Part shown: positions 19,094 through 29,219 of the stretch, in pieces
Layout: every line of letters starts with the position of its first letter
Position numbering within the stretch: position 1 is the first letter of the stretch
Assembly: GCA_965204755.1 (NCBI GenBank)
Contig: OZ242011.1
Span: 1,440,001 to 1,504,000 of the forward strand
DNA length: 64,000 nucleotides
Direction: 5' to 3'
From: Candidatus Marinacidobacterium sp.
GTDB taxonomy: Bacteria; Acidobacteriota; Vicinamibacteria; Marinacidobacterales; Marinacidobacteraceae
Notes under the pieces: generated by a model
What the model saw: the letters and a program-made list of their open reading frames with translations, nothing else
Told to the model about the DNA's origin: nothing
Database searches by the model: none
Translations under genes and position numbers: made by a program

Positions 19094-21985
19094 ATGAGGA
19101 GACTCTTTCTCTCACTCCTGCTTCTTGCGTTCGCCGCAACGGCGTTCGCCCAGCAGCAGTACGGACGGCTCGAAGGCGCCGCCCAGGACGCCCAGGGACT
19201 CGCCCTCCCCGGCGTAACGGTGACCTTGGCCGGTGAAGCGATCATCGGCAGCCGCACCGCGACGACCGATGTGGACGGTTCTTACCGGTTCCAAGCCTTG
19301 CCCCCCGGCGAGTACACCCTGACTTTCGAGTTGGGCGGCTTCCAGACCGTCGTCTTCGAGGAGATCCGGGTGGTGACCGGCACAACCTTTTCCATGGACG
19401 CCGACATGCAGATCGCCACCGTGGCGGAGACGATCACGGTTACCGGCGAATCGCCCGTAGTGGATGTGAAGTCCACCGGCGTGGCGGCGACTTTCGACAA
19501 GACGCAGTTGGACGACGTCCCGACTGCAACGGACATGTGGGCGGTACTGCACCAGAGCCCGGGCATCCGGGTGCAGGGTTACGATGTGGGCGGCTCGCAC
19601 AAGAGTCAACAGTCCATGTATGAGACCTTCGGCGTGCGCAGCCAGAACCGGGTCCTCTACGAGGGTGTCAACACCACCGAGGGCACCGGAAGCGCGGGCG
19701 GCTACTACGACTACTACGCCATGGAGGAATTCCAGGTGTCCGCCCAAGGCGCCGATGTAGAGATGTCCACACCAGGAGCACAAATCCAGACGACCGTAAA
19801 GAGTGGCGGGAACGAGTTTTCCGGGTTGGAGAGCGGCGCGTGGCAGCCGGCGGGCTGGATCGCGGAGAACATCGACAGCGACATCCAATCGCGCGGAGGC
19901 ACACCCGCGCCGGTGCTCCGGTTCTACGAGTTCCACCTCGACCTCGGCGGCCCGATCGTTCGGGACAAGGCTTGGTTCTATGCCGCCTACAACAACTTCC
20001 TGATCGATACAGCGATCTCGGGTGTAGATCAGAACATCGCCACCGATATCGGGGACTTCGACATCTTCACGGCGAAGTTGAACTGGCAGATCACCGAACG
20101 CGACCAGTTCATCGGGTTCTCCACTTGGTCGTGGAAGCGGAAACCGAACCGCTCGCTGTCCGCCACCATTCCGGCGGAATCCATTCTTGCTCAGGACTAC
20201 TGGATCTGGTTGCACAAGGCCGAATGGCAACGCGTTTGGAGCGACCGTCTCTACAGCAACATCATGATCGGACACATGGGTACCGTCTGGCCGATGGTGC
20301 CGAATGTGGAGCCCGTCAACGGCAAGGAACCGCGTATCGAGGCAACCACGGATGTCCGATCCGGATCGGGTTGGCAACCGTTCACCAGCCTGCGGTGGAA
20401 ACCCCAAAGCACGGCGCAATTCAACTACTATGTCCCGATCGGTGACGGCAGCCACGACTTCAAGTTCGGCTGGGATTGGCAATGGGACACACAGTTGTTC
20501 GGCTGGAACACGAATTCGGGTGGTGTGAGATATCTCGACGATTCCCGGGAGGGCCGCCCCCACAATGTGGATCGCGTGTATCTCGTCGGCGTCCCGAATC
20601 TCACGGACAATCGGAACATGCATGCTGACTTCTTCGTTCAGGACACCTGGACCGTCAACGACCGGCTGACCGTTACCGCCGGTGTCCGAGTCGGCAGTCA
20701 AATCCTTTCTTATCAGCCGTCCGAAAACTCGCCCGGTAGCGCCTGTCCAGATTCCCTTCTCTGTCAATTCGAATTGCCCGCGAACCAGTCGCAGATCCTT
20801 CAAGATGTGTTCGGCGCCGGTGGCACGATTCCCGGTGATTCGGTTGGAAGTCACTGGAACTTCGCGCCCCGAGCCGGCTTTACTCTCGACCTCACGGGCG
20901 CGGGCTCGTCGGTCTTCAAGGCCTATTTCGGGCGCTACTATTCGAATGTGGGAACCGGTCTGGGCTCCGCCAATCCCGGCGGCCAGGCGAATGGCACTTG
21001 GCGGTTTCTCGACCAGAACATGAACGGTGTCCTCGACGACTCCTCGGAACTCGGGGAGGAACTCGCCTTGTCGGAGGGCGCGGGCGCGTCCACGCCGATC
21101 GCCTCTGACTGGTCGCTCGCCTATGCGGACGAATTCAGCACTTCCTTCGAGCATGAATTGACGACGGATCTCGGAGCGCGAGTTTCCTATGTGTACAAGC
21201 GAATGCGGAACACTTGGGGCAATCTGAACCAGGTCACACTGAACAATCGAAATACCCCGACTACCGTGACCGAGTGCGTTGATTGTCCTGCCGGTTTCAA
21301 CCGGTCGTTCAATCTGGTCGTCATTCCCGAAGAACTCGTGGGTGAGTCTGACAACCAGACCATGAATCACCCGGCAGGCGAGAGCGACATGAACTTCCAC
21401 ACTGCGTCGCTGGCGCTGAACCGGCGATTCCGCAACAATCTTTTCTACAACATCTACTTCGACTACCAGTGGCGTTCAGAGCCGCGCAGCCCGGGGTCCT
21501 CGGTAACCTCTTGGGCGGCGAGGACGCCCCTATCGTCGGACCCGACCGCGCAGGGTTGGTTCGTCAATTACGATCAGGACATCCCTACGGTTCAGGACAC
21601 AAGCACCTTCCAGTTGAAGACCTCGGCACGCTATGTGCTGCCCTACGAGATCGGCTTGGCAGGGACCTACCGCTTCGTCAGCGGTTTCAACTACGCACCG
21701 ATCCATCGGTTGAGCCTGTACGACGGCGGGTTGAAACCCTATGTTTGGCTCGCTCCCATGAGTGAGAACCGGTCGGACAATGTGACCATCATCGATTTCC
21801 GTATCGACAAGTCGTTTTCGCTGGGAGACCGCATGAATGTGCAGTTCATCTTCGACCTGTTCAACGCCCTGAACGCGAACACGATCACGAACTTCCAACT
21901 GATTGATACCGCCTCGCCCTACCAGAATGTCATCGACTACCTGAAGGGCCGAACTATCGGCCTATCCGCGAGACTCACCTTCTGA
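19094..21985 (+). CDS. TonB-dependent receptor with N-terminal carboxypeptidase-regulatory-like domain (Acidobacteria type)
   Basis: Signal peptide, LPGVTVTL..GSYRFQALPPGEY, ETITVTGESPVVD, KSGGNEFSG, GGPIVRDKAWF, QDTWTVNDRLT, C-terminal Phe. Confidence 0.9.
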   Translation: MRRLFLSLLLLAFAATAFAQQQYGRLEGAAQDAQGLALPGVTVTLAGEAIIGSRTATTDVDGSYRFQALPPGEYTLTFELGGFQTVVFEEIRVVTGTTFSMDADMQIATVAETITVTGESPVVDVKSTGVAATFDKTQLDDVPTATDMWAVLHQSPGIRVQGYDVGGSHKSQQSMYETFGVRSQNRVLYEGVNTTEGTGSAGGYYDYYAMEEFQVSAQGADVEMSTPGAQIQTTVKSGGNEFSGLESGAWQPAGWIAENIDSDIQSRGGTPAPVLRFYEFHLDLGGPIVRDKAWFYAAYNNFLIDTAISGVDQNIATDIGDFDIFTAKLNWQITERDQFIGFSTWSWKRKPNRSLSATIPAESILAQDYWIWLHKAEWQRVWSDRLYSNIMIGHMGTVWPMVPNVEPVNGKEPRIEATTDVRSGSGWQPFTSLRWKPQSTAQFNYYVPIGDGSHDFKFGWDWQWDTQLFGWNTNSGGVRYLDDSREGRPHNVDRVYLVGVPNLTDNRNMHADFFVQDTWTVNDRLTVTAGVRVGSQILSYQPSENSPGSACPDSLLCQFELPANQSQILQDVFGAGGTIPGDSVGSHWNFAPRAGFTLDLTGAGSSVFKAYFGRYYSNVGTGLGSANPGGQANGTWRFLDQNMNGVLDDSSELGEELALSEGAGASTPIASDWSLAYADEFSTSFEHELTTDLGARVSYVYKRMRNTWGNLNQVTLNNRNTPTTVTECVDCPAGFNRSFNLVVIPEELVGESDNQTMNHPAGESDMNFHTASLALNRRFRNNLFYNIYFDYQWRSEPRSPGSSVTSWAARTPLSSDPTAQGWFVNYDQDIPTVQDTSTFQLKTSARYVLPYEIGLAGTYRFVSGFNYAPIHRLSLYDGGLKPYVWLAPMSENRSDNVTIIDFRIDKSFSLGDRMNVQFIFDLFNALNANTITNFQLIDTASPYQNVIDYLKGRTIGLSARLTF

Positions 21986-22020
21986 CCTGACGAGCCCGTC
22001 ACCGGGCGCCTTTCCCGACG

Positions 22021-22056
22021 AGGCCCGTCGGCTCCTCAGCGAGCCGGCGGGTCTTT
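22021..22056 (+). terminator. Probable intrinsic terminator after the TBDR
   Basis: 14-bp stem AGGCCCGTCGGCTC / GAGCCGGCGGGTCT (two G-U pairs), 6-nt loop, followed by TTCGCTGTTTT. Confidence 0.65.
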
Positions 22057-22425
22057 CGCTGTTTTCGGCTTCGGCCTTGTCTGCGACTCCGGCACAGAGG
22101 TCCATCGGGCCGGAGGAGCGGCCGCCGTTCGGCCTATCGTCTCTGCGGACGAGTCGTCGCGGTTGACCGGTCCGCGGAGAACTTGTCCCCACCGGAGGCC
22201 ATCCTGTGGGTCTTCGCGTTCCCGGCCCATCGTCGCGGCCGGGGGCTGTCGGGTGGGGCTCCGGGAACACCGCTGACCGTCCGTCCATCCGGCCGCGGAG
22301 GCCCCCGACAGCCGACACTCGGCGGGCTGCGACTGAAGGGCGAGTCGGAGGGATCGGTACACTCACCCGTTCCGCCGAGTCGCGCCGTCTCCGGCACTCG
22401 GCGCGAACCACAAAGGAGCTGCTCC

Positions 22426-23541
22426 ATGTTCGCCCCGAGGATCTTCTTCGTTTTCGCCCTCTTGACCCTCGCCCTCGGCTGCCGTGGTCCCGCCGCGACG
22501 GACAGCGACATGCCGACCGGGAACCCCGACCTGGTGCAGCGGCTGCTGCCGAACCCGGCCCCGGTGGTGATCACCCAATGGGCGGCCCTCCCCGACGGGC
22601 GGACCTGGGGCTCCACCGCCGGGGTGGACATCGGGCCGGACGGGCATGTCTGGGCCTACGACCGGTGCGGGGCGAACGGGCTCGACGGCGGCTGCGAGGC
22701 GAACCCGGAGGTGAACCCCGTCCTCAAGTTCGACCGGCACACCGGGGAGGTGCTGGCCGAGTTCGGCGCCGGGCTCTTCGTGCTGCCCCACGGGCTCCAT
22801 GTGGACACCGACGGGAATGTCTGGGTCACCGACTCGCAGGGGAACGAGGCCGGCACCAAGGGGCACCAGGTCATCAAGTTCAGCCCGGAGGGCGAAATCC
22901 TGCTGCGCCTGGGTATCGCCGGGCAGCCCGGCAGCGGCCCCGGCCAACTCAACGAGCCTTGCGATGTGATCACCGCCCCGAACGGGGACATCTTCGTCTC
23001 GGACGGGCACACCGGCCAGAGCGACGACCCGCCGGAAGGCAGCACCGGACGGATCCTGAAGTACGCCGCCGACGGCGAGTTCGTGAAGGAGTGGGGGGAG
23101 ATCGGCTTCCGTCCGGGGCAGTTCCGCACGCCGCACGCCCTGGAGATGGACTCCGTCGGACGGCTGTTCGTGGCCGACCGGGGGAACCACCGGATCCAGG
23201 TCTTCGACCAGGACGGCAACCTGCTCGACACCTACGAACAGTTCGGACGGGTCAGCGGGCTGTTCATCACCGACGACGACACGCTCTACGCCATCGATTC
23301 CGAGTCGAACGAGGGACGCCACTACGGCTGGATGAACGGCGTGCGGATCGGCCCGGCGAACGAGGACCGCGTGACGGCCTTCATCCCGCCGCACATCCCG
23401 ACCGAGGGCCGCGTCCTGCAGGGCGTCGCCGGCGAAGGCGTGGCGGTGGACGCCGACGGCAATGTGTTCGTGGCGGAAGGGCCGGCCTCGCGCCCCTTCG
23501 CCGGCGGCGGCCTCACCAAGTACGAGCCCGCTTCGCGCTGA
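22426..23541 (+). CDS. NHL-repeat lipoprotein (peptidyl-alpha-hydroxyglycine lyase-like beta-propeller)
   Basis: AAGGAG SD, lipobox ALGC, PHGLHVD, VADRGNHRIQVFD NHL motifs. Confidence 0.85.
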   Translation: MFAPRIFFVFALLTLALGCRGPAATDSDMPTGNPDLVQRLLPNPAPVVITQWAALPDGRTWGSTAGVDIGPDGHVWAYDRCGANGLDGGCEANPEVNPVLKFDRHTGEVLAEFGAGLFVLPHGLHVDTDGNVWVTDSQGNEAGTKGHQVIKFSPEGEILLRLGIAGQPGSGPGQLNEPCDVITAPNGDIFVSDGHTGQSDDPPEGSTGRILKYAADGEFVKEWGEIGFRPGQFRTPHALEMDSVGRLFVADRGNHRIQVFDQDGNLLDTYEQFGRVSGLFITDDDTLYAIDSESNEGRHYGWMNGVRIGPANEDRVTAFIPPHIPTEGRVLQGVAGEGVAVDADGNVFVAEGPASRPFAGGGLTKYEPASR

Positions 23542-23596
23542 GGCCGGGCCCGGGACGGAGGCGAGGGAAGGGCCGGCAGCCGGTCGGGGCCTCCCG

Positions 23597-25615
23597 GTGA
23601 GGTTCGGGGGGCCCCGGCCCGGTCGGGCGCGGCGCGGCGGCGCGCCGCTCGGCGGCGCACCGCTCGGTGCCCTCCTGCTGTTCGCGGGAGCGATTCCGGG
23701 CTGCGGCCGGTCGGAGGAGGCGGATCCGCCGGCGCAACAGCCGGTCTCCTCGGTCGCGGCCGCCGAAGTTCCGCGCTCGCCGCTGGCTGCTCCGGAGGAG
23801 GGAGCGGGCGCGACGGTCTGCGCCGCGTGCCACGCGGACATCGCCGCCGGGCAGGAACGGCACCCGATGGCGCGCACCGCGGCGGCGGTGGACTCGGGAA
23901 CGCGCGCCCGATGGTTCTCGGACGCGATGCTGGCGCGACCCGTGGCCTGGCGGGACGACTACGGGCCGGAGCCCCGCTACCGGGCCGAGGGCGAGTCCGG
24001 CGTCCGGTTCGGGGCGCCGGTGCCGGACGGGACGGAGGTGGAAGTGGACGCGGTGTTCGGTTCGGGGCTTCGCGGCGCGACGCCGGTGTCCTTCGCCGCG
24101 AGGCGGCGGATGCGGGAACTGCGGCTCTCGTACTCGCGGGCCCACGACGGCTGGATCGCCACTCCGGGGGGTGAGGAGGACGCCGATCCGCGGGGCGATC
24201 TCGACGGGCCGGAGGCGACCGAGGACTGCGTGGGCTGCCACGCCACCGCGCTCGCCTGGGACGGGGACGGACGGTTCGATCCCCACGGCGCCGTCCTCGG
24301 CGTCCGGTGCGAGCGGTGCCACGGATCGGGGATCGCCCACCTCGAGTCCCAGTCCGCCGGCGGCCCTCCGGGGCCGATCTTCCATCCGGGGCGGCTCGAC
24401 GCGGCGGGGGAGGTCGCGTTCTGCGGGCAGTGCCACCGCCAGCCGACGGACTTCGAGCCGAGCCTGATCCTGGGGCGCGACCCGACGCTGGCGCGGCACG
24501 CCGGGGCCGGGCTGATGATGAGCGCCTGCTTCCGGGAATCCCCGCCGGAGACGACGATCCGGTGCACCGACTGCCACGACCCGCACGCGCCGAATCCGGC
24601 CGGGGGCGCGGTGACCCGCGCGGTCTGCTCCCGGTGCCACGCCGACCCGGCCGCCCTCCACTCCGACCCGGCGGTTTCGGCGGGGGCGGACTGCGCCGGC
24701 TGCCACCTGCCGGAGCGGCGGGAAGTGTTCGGGGGGACGCCGTTCACCGACCACTGGATCCGGCTCGCCGGGGAGGCGGTCACTCCGGGGTCCGCCGCCG
24801 GGCGCTCCGACCTCGCCTATCTGGAATCCCTCTACGAACGGCGGGTCGCGGAACCGAACCCCCCACAGCGCGCGGCGCGGCTGCGGATGGGGCTGGCGGA
24901 ACTGCTCCACCTCCGGCGGGCCCGGGCCCGGTCGCAGCAGGTCGTCCGGGAGGGGCTGGCGCTCGGTCCCGACTACGCGACCCGGCTCAAGGGGGCGGCG
25001 CTGCTGCGCGCCGGCGGGCGGCGCGCGGAGGCGGTCTCCGTTCTCCGGGAGGCGGCGGCGGACGATGCGACGAAGCCGCACGCGTTCTACGAACTCGGGG
25101 ACTTGCTGCTCGAGACCGGCGACGCCGCCGGGGCGCTCGCCCCGCTGCGGGAGGCGGTCCGGCTCAGCCCGGCCTCCGCCGGGGTCCGGGCGGCGTACGC
25201 GGACGCCCTGCTCGGCGTCGGCCGGGTCCGGGAGGCGGTGGAAGCGCTGCGCCGGGCGGCGTCCCTCGCGCCGGATGACCCGGTCGCGCCGGTCGCGCTC
25301 GGTCGTCTCGCCGGGATCCTCGCGGCGCATCCGCGGCGGGAGGTCCGCGATCCGGCGGAAGCGCTGCGGATCGCCGAGCGGCTGGCGGCGGGGTTTTCGT
25401 TCGGGGAGCCCCGCTCGCTGGATCTGCTCGGCGCGGCCTACGCGGCGAACGGGGACTTCGAGGCCGCGGCGCGGGCGGCCGAGCGCGCGGCCGCGATCGC
25501 GTCTTCCGCGGGGGATGCCGCCTTCGGCGCGGAAGCCGCCGCCCGCGCCGCCCTCTACCGCGCCGGCCGGCCGTACATCGGCCCGCTTCCGGCGACCTTT
25601 CGGGCGCGGCGCTGA
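23597..25615 (+). CDS. Multiheme c-type cytochrome with C-terminal TPR domain, probable lipoprotein
   Basis: Seven CxxCH motifs (CAACH, CVGCH, CERCH, CGQCH, CTDCH, CSRCH, CAGCH), FTDHWI, TPR tail; start GTG 23597 inferred, lipobox-like IPGC. Confidence 0.82.
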   Translation: MRFGGPRPGRARRGGAPLGGAPLGALLLFAGAIPGCGRSEEADPPAQQPVSSVAAAEVPRSPLAAPEEGAGATVCAACHADIAAGQERHPMARTAAAVDSGTRARWFSDAMLARPVAWRDDYGPEPRYRAEGESGVRFGAPVPDGTEVEVDAVFGSGLRGATPVSFAARRRMRELRLSYSRAHDGWIATPGGEEDADPRGDLDGPEATEDCVGCHATALAWDGDGRFDPHGAVLGVRCERCHGSGIAHLESQSAGGPPGPIFHPGRLDAAGEVAFCGQCHRQPTDFEPSLILGRDPTLARHAGAGLMMSACFRESPPETTIRCTDCHDPHAPNPAGGAVTRAVCSRCHADPAALHSDPAVSAGADCAGCHLPERREVFGGTPFTDHWIRLAGEAVTPGSAAGRSDLAYLESLYERRVAEPNPPQRAARLRMGLAELLHLRRARARSQQVVREGLALGPDYATRLKGAALLRAGGRRAEAVSVLREAAADDATKPHAFYELGDLLLETGDAAGALAPLREAVRLSPASAGVRAAYADALLGVGRVREAVEALRRAASLAPDDPVAPVALGRLAGILAAHPRREVRDPAEALRIAERLAAGFSFGEPRSLDLLGAAYAANGDFEAAARAAERAAAIASSAGDAAFGAEAAARAALYRAGRPYIGPLPATFRARR

Positions 25616-25691
25616 CGGGGACGACCTCCGCCGGGGAAGCGGGGACCTCGTGGAGCGGGCCTGTGGTTCGGACCCGGCGGGATCGTTCGAG

Positions 25692-25888
25692 CCGATTAAG
25701 CCGGAATAGGAAACCTATTCGGCCGGTGATCCGGATGATCCTTTTTCAACAATGACTTACGAGCGATCAACTTGGAGTCTGCCGGGAACGAACCGGGGAA
25801 TGAGCCGGATTCGGGCGGAGAATGGCCCCAGCACGATAAAGCCAACATTTTCAGGGGTTTACGACCGATTAAGCCGGAATAAGCCGGA
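25692..25888. repeat. AT-rich element with 17-bp direct repeats
   Basis: CCGATTAAGCCGGAATA at 25692-25708 and 25865-25881; further TAAGCCGGA/TGAGCCGGA copies at 25880 and 25801. Confidence 0.75.
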
Positions 25889-25930
25889 GAAAAGGAATTC
25901 CAAAAACGGACGCTTCCGCGCCGGCCCCGG

Positions 25931-27340
25931 TCAAGAACGCGGCCCCTGCTTCCGCCGCCACCGCGCGCCCCGTCCGTGCCCGGAGGTTTCCGCCAGATCG
26001 AGCGTTCGGAGCGCCTGTAAGTCGTCGCGCACCTGCCGCTCCGTGGCGCCGTTGACGAGGCGCGAAAAGATGTCCCGGAGGGGCGCGCCCGAGGGATGCT
26101 CCTCCAGGATCGCCAGGATCGAGCGCTGCCTTTCGGTCAGGGCCGTTTCGACCCGTTGCGGCGGGACATAACGGCCGGGTCGGAACCGGACGGTTACTGC
26201 GCCGCCGGCCTCTTCGATCTCGGGCCGAGGCAGTCCGGCTTCCTCGGTGAGTCTGGCCATCTTGATCGTGCCGCTGCCCCAAGTCTCGATGATGCCCCGC
26301 CGATAGAAGACTTCGGCGATCAGGGGGTTCCAGGGCCGGGACTGGTGTGGCTCGAACAGCGCTTCGGGCGTGAATCCGAAACGGAGAGGGCCGATCGAAG
26401 TCACTTCCAGTCGGTCGTCGTAGATCCCGATCCCGATGGAACCGCTGACCGTCGCGTAGTCGCGGTGACAGATCGCATTCGCCACGGCTTCCCGGAGCGC
26501 TTCCGGCGGATAGAGCGGTTCGTCCACCCGCGTGAAGCCGACGATCCGGCCGGCGATGGGCAGACTCTCCACGAAGAAGCGCAGGGCGTGGCGGAGCAAG
26601 TAGAAGGCGTTGCCGCGGAATTGCCGGTTGTCGAGGAATTCGTCCGCGCGGCTGGTTCCGCGAAAACGAGCCACCCGAAGGAGGCACTGCGGGTATTCCG
26701 CCGCCACCCGGTCCGAGTCGCGTCCGAACAGCGCGACCGCAGCGCGGCGCAGGCCGTCGTCCGTCAGGAGCCGCAAGCCGCGCAGCACCGCTTCCGGCTC
26801 CCGGTTGTCCGGTTCTTCGAGGCGGCCTCTTCGAACGGCCTCGGTCACCGTGTTAGCGATCTGGTCGGCGTCGAGGTCGGCGACTTCCCATCCCGTCGCC
26901 GGTTCCGTCTCCCAACGCCGGTCGGGATGGAGCCGCTCCATCAACATCCGGTTGTATTCGTCGGAGGACAGCCGGAGATTCGTACTGCCGACCCGGCGGT
27001 ACGCTCGGCCGCGATAGGTGTAGGGACGGGTCGGGCCGGCGCCGGTCGTCACGACGATGACGCTTCGGCCGTTGCCGAGATCCGCTTCGACGATCCCCGG
27101 ATAGGTCGCTGGAGCGATCTGCTGCAACTCCCGCGCGATGTGGTCGAGCGTGTCCTTTCCGACCTCCTGCCCCCGGACGGCTCCTTCCGGCTCCACCCCG
27201 AACAGCACCTGCCCGCCCCGGTGGTTCAACATCGCGCAGACCGCCTCGGCGGCCTCGCGACGCTGGCCCGTCGTTTCCTTGAATTCCAGCGTCTCCGATT
27301 CGCCGCCGGCGGCCAGGCGGGAGATTTCTTCGCGGGTCAT
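25931..27340 (-). CDS. Schlafen/AlbA_2 + HATPase_c_4 (RecG C-terminal-like) + winged-HTH protein
   Basis: GESETLEFK, CAMLNHRGGQVLFGV, ALREAVANAICHRDY, NPLIAEVF..IETWGSG, C-terminal wHTH (GHGRGARW). Confidence 0.88.
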   Translation of the reverse strand: MTREEISRLAAGGESETLEFKETTGQRREAAEAVCAMLNHRGGQVLFGVEPEGAVRGQEVGKDTLDHIARELQQIAPATYPGIVEADLGNGRSVIVVTTGAGPTRPYTYRGRAYRRVGSTNLRLSSDEYNRMLMERLHPDRRWETEPATGWEVADLDADQIANTVTEAVRRGRLEEPDNREPEAVLRGLRLLTDDGLRRAAVALFGRDSDRVAAEYPQCLLRVARFRGTSRADEFLDNRQFRGNAFYLLRHALRFFVESLPIAGRIVGFTRVDEPLYPPEALREAVANAICHRDYATVSGSIGIGIYDDRLEVTSIGPLRFGFTPEALFEPHQSRPWNPLIAEVFYRRGIIETWGSGTIKMARLTEEAGLPRPEIEEAGGAVTVRFRPGRYVPPQRVETALTERQRSILAILEEHPSGAPLRDIFSRLVNGATERQVRDDLQALRTLDLAETSGHGRGARWRRKQGPRS

Positions 27341-27652
27341 CGCGGCTCGAACGGTAGCGGATGGGACAAGAGGCGGTGGTTACGCCTCCGATGCGATGGC
27401 GCTGCGGACGCCCGCGCCGGTCGCGCGCTGCCGAACGGCGTGAACGCCACCGAAACTCCTCGCGGTCCAAGCCGCCGAGTCGGATGGTCGAGCCCCGCCA
27501 CCGGGCCGCCGAGACGCGGGCGGTCCTCTGCGCGGCTGTCGTGGCGACCGCTTCGGCCGCTTCCCCTCCGACAGTCCGCCGAGCGCCGCCGAGCCGGACG
27601 CCGGCCCCGCGCGGCCTACGCTCCGCCGAAGCCCGCACTCCCGGGCCGGGGC

Positions 27653-28045
27653 TCAGCGGAACATCGAGTAGGCGAGCAAGAGCGAGAGGCCCAGAAGCAC
27701 GGCGAGGTACCACCGCTGCCGGGCCCGCCAGACGGCCGCGATCTCTTCGGTGAACCGAACTTCGAGTTCGCGCACGCGGTCATCGAGCCGGTCCAAACGG
27801 CGATCGATCGAGCGCAGTTCGCGCCGGATCTCGTGGAGTTCGCTCCGGATCTCGTGGAGTTCGCTCCTGACGACCCAGTCCGTCGCAGATTCGCGGGGCG
27901 CGGAGCCCAGGAGGATGTCAGCGACGGGCGCCGCCGCTCCGGTTTGCGGAATCGGAGTCCCGGAAGGCGGAGCGGGGCGAGGCGCGGAAGGCTGGTCGGC
28001 GGGCGAGGGAGACGCTTCGGGGATGCGCGAGGTCACGATCTTCAT
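27653..28045 (-). CDS. Tail-anchored coiled-coil protein, paralog 1
   Basis: Pro-rich N-terminus, heptads ELHEIRS x2 (21-bp duplication 27824-27866), RSIDRRLD core, QRWY and C-terminal TM. Confidence 0.7.
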   Translation of the reverse strand: MKIVTSRIPEASPSPADQPSAPRPAPPSGTPIPQTGAAAPVADILLGSAPRESATDWVVRSELHEIRSELHEIRRELRSIDRRLDRLDDRVRELEVRFTEEIAAVWRARQRWYLAVLLGLSLLLAYSMFR

Positions 28046-28174
28046 GCCTCGAGCGTAGTGCGCCGGGCGAGCGGGGGCAACGAGGCAACCGGTCGGGTCA
28101 GCCGGGGAGCCGGGCGTCGAGGCCCCCGCTCCGGCTCCGCCGGCGCAGCGCGGCCCGCTCGCCGGGACGGGTCC

Positions 28175-28729
28175 TCAGCGGAACAGCGACTGCGCGATCA
28201 CCAGCGAGGTCGGGATGATCACCGCCCAGAACCACCGCTGCTGCGACCGCCGGAGTTCCGCGATCTCGCTGCGGACCTCGGTGCGGACATCCTCGATCTC
28301 CTCCCGGAGTTTCGAGATCCCGACCGTGAAGTCCCTGCGGAGTTCCGCGATCTCGAGGGTGAACTTGGCTTCGAGATTGTTGACGCGGTTGTCCATCCCG
28401 TCCAAGCGCTTGTCGATCCCGTCCAAGCGACGGTCGATCGAGTGCAGGTGGTGTCCGATCACCTGGAGCGCGACGGCGACGCTTCCGTCGGGAGCCGGCG
28501 CGAGCGGGCCGGGGGCGGGTGCGAAGGGGCCGGGGGCCGGCGCGCCGGGAAACGGCGTTGCGCCCGCGGGCGGGGCGGGCGGCGCCCCGCCTGCCGAGCG
28601 GGCCGGGGGCGCGGGCGGAGCGTCGGCCGGCGCGGGCTTCTCGCTGCTGTGCTCGGTCACGGTCTCGCGCTGAGCGTAGTCCGCGGAGCGAGGGGCCGCA
28701 ACCGCGGCGCCGGGGGCGGGTTCAGGCAT
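28175..28729 (-). CDS. Tail-anchored coiled-coil protein, paralog 2
   Basis: AGGAGG SD 6 nt before ATG 28729; Pro/Ala linker, SIDRRLDGID heptads, QRWFW and C-terminal TM. Confidence 0.75.
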   Translation of the reverse strand: MPEPAPGAAVAAPRSADYAQRETVTEHSSEKPAPADAPPAPPARSAGGAPPAPPAGATPFPGAPAPGPFAPAPGPLAPAPDGSVAVALQVIGHHLHSIDRRLDGIDKRLDGMDNRVNNLEAKFTLEIAELRRDFTVGISKLREEIEDVRTEVRSEIAELRRSQQRWFWAVIIPTSLVIAQSLFR

Positions 28730-29010
28730 CGTCGTCCTCCTGACGAGTGGCGGGATCGGCTCGCCGACGAGGCGCCGGCGGGCGGAATCCGCGCGTTTCA
28801 CTCGTTTACTGAACGGATGTCCGACGATTTCTGCTCACGAAAGTGCCGCTGAAGGCCCTTTTGCGGATAAGTCGCGTTCCCGCGTCCCGTTTTCCGCCGG
28901 TCGCGACGCCTCCGACTCCCCGCCGGGCGCTCGCGGGTCGCGCCCCCGCCCCTCGATCGTCCCGGGACGGGCCGCCGGGCAAGCCGAGAGTGTCCCCGGG
29001 AGGTCGGTCC

Positions 29011-29153
29011 TCAGCCGATCCGGCGGGCGCGCCACTTCGCCAAGTGGTCGTCCTCGCGTTCCACCAAGGGCTGGAGGTCGCTCTCCGGGCGGCGGGACTC
29101 GATCCGGGCCGCGAGCCGGCGGATCTCCGGGCCCCGGCGGCGAAGGGCGTCGA
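29011..29153 (-). pseudogene. Duplicated 3' fragment of the ABC-ATPase/TOPRIM gene
   Basis: LRRRGPEIRRLAARIESRRPESDLQPLVEREDDHLAKWRARRIG* aligns with the C-terminus of 30187-31749 (LRRQVPEICRLTARLESRRPESGIQPLVDRVDDELEKWRVRQVG*). Confidence 0.85.
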
Positions 29154-29219
29154 CCCGGTTCACCGACGCCCGGTTGACCGTGTGGATCCGGAAGGTGATC
29201 GCCTCGCCGGGACGGGTCC

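Noticed and set aside
19094-21985. Lower-GC TBDR as a recent horizontal acquisition
   Set aside because: It shows the same AGCT/ACGT depletion as the rest of the window and has no mobility signals; amino-acid composition or expression-related codon bias is a sufficient explanation.
25752-26171. 139-aa ORF across the AT-rich element
   Set aside because: No motif, overlaps the AlbA_2 gene on the opposite strand, and the region is better explained as non-coding repeats.
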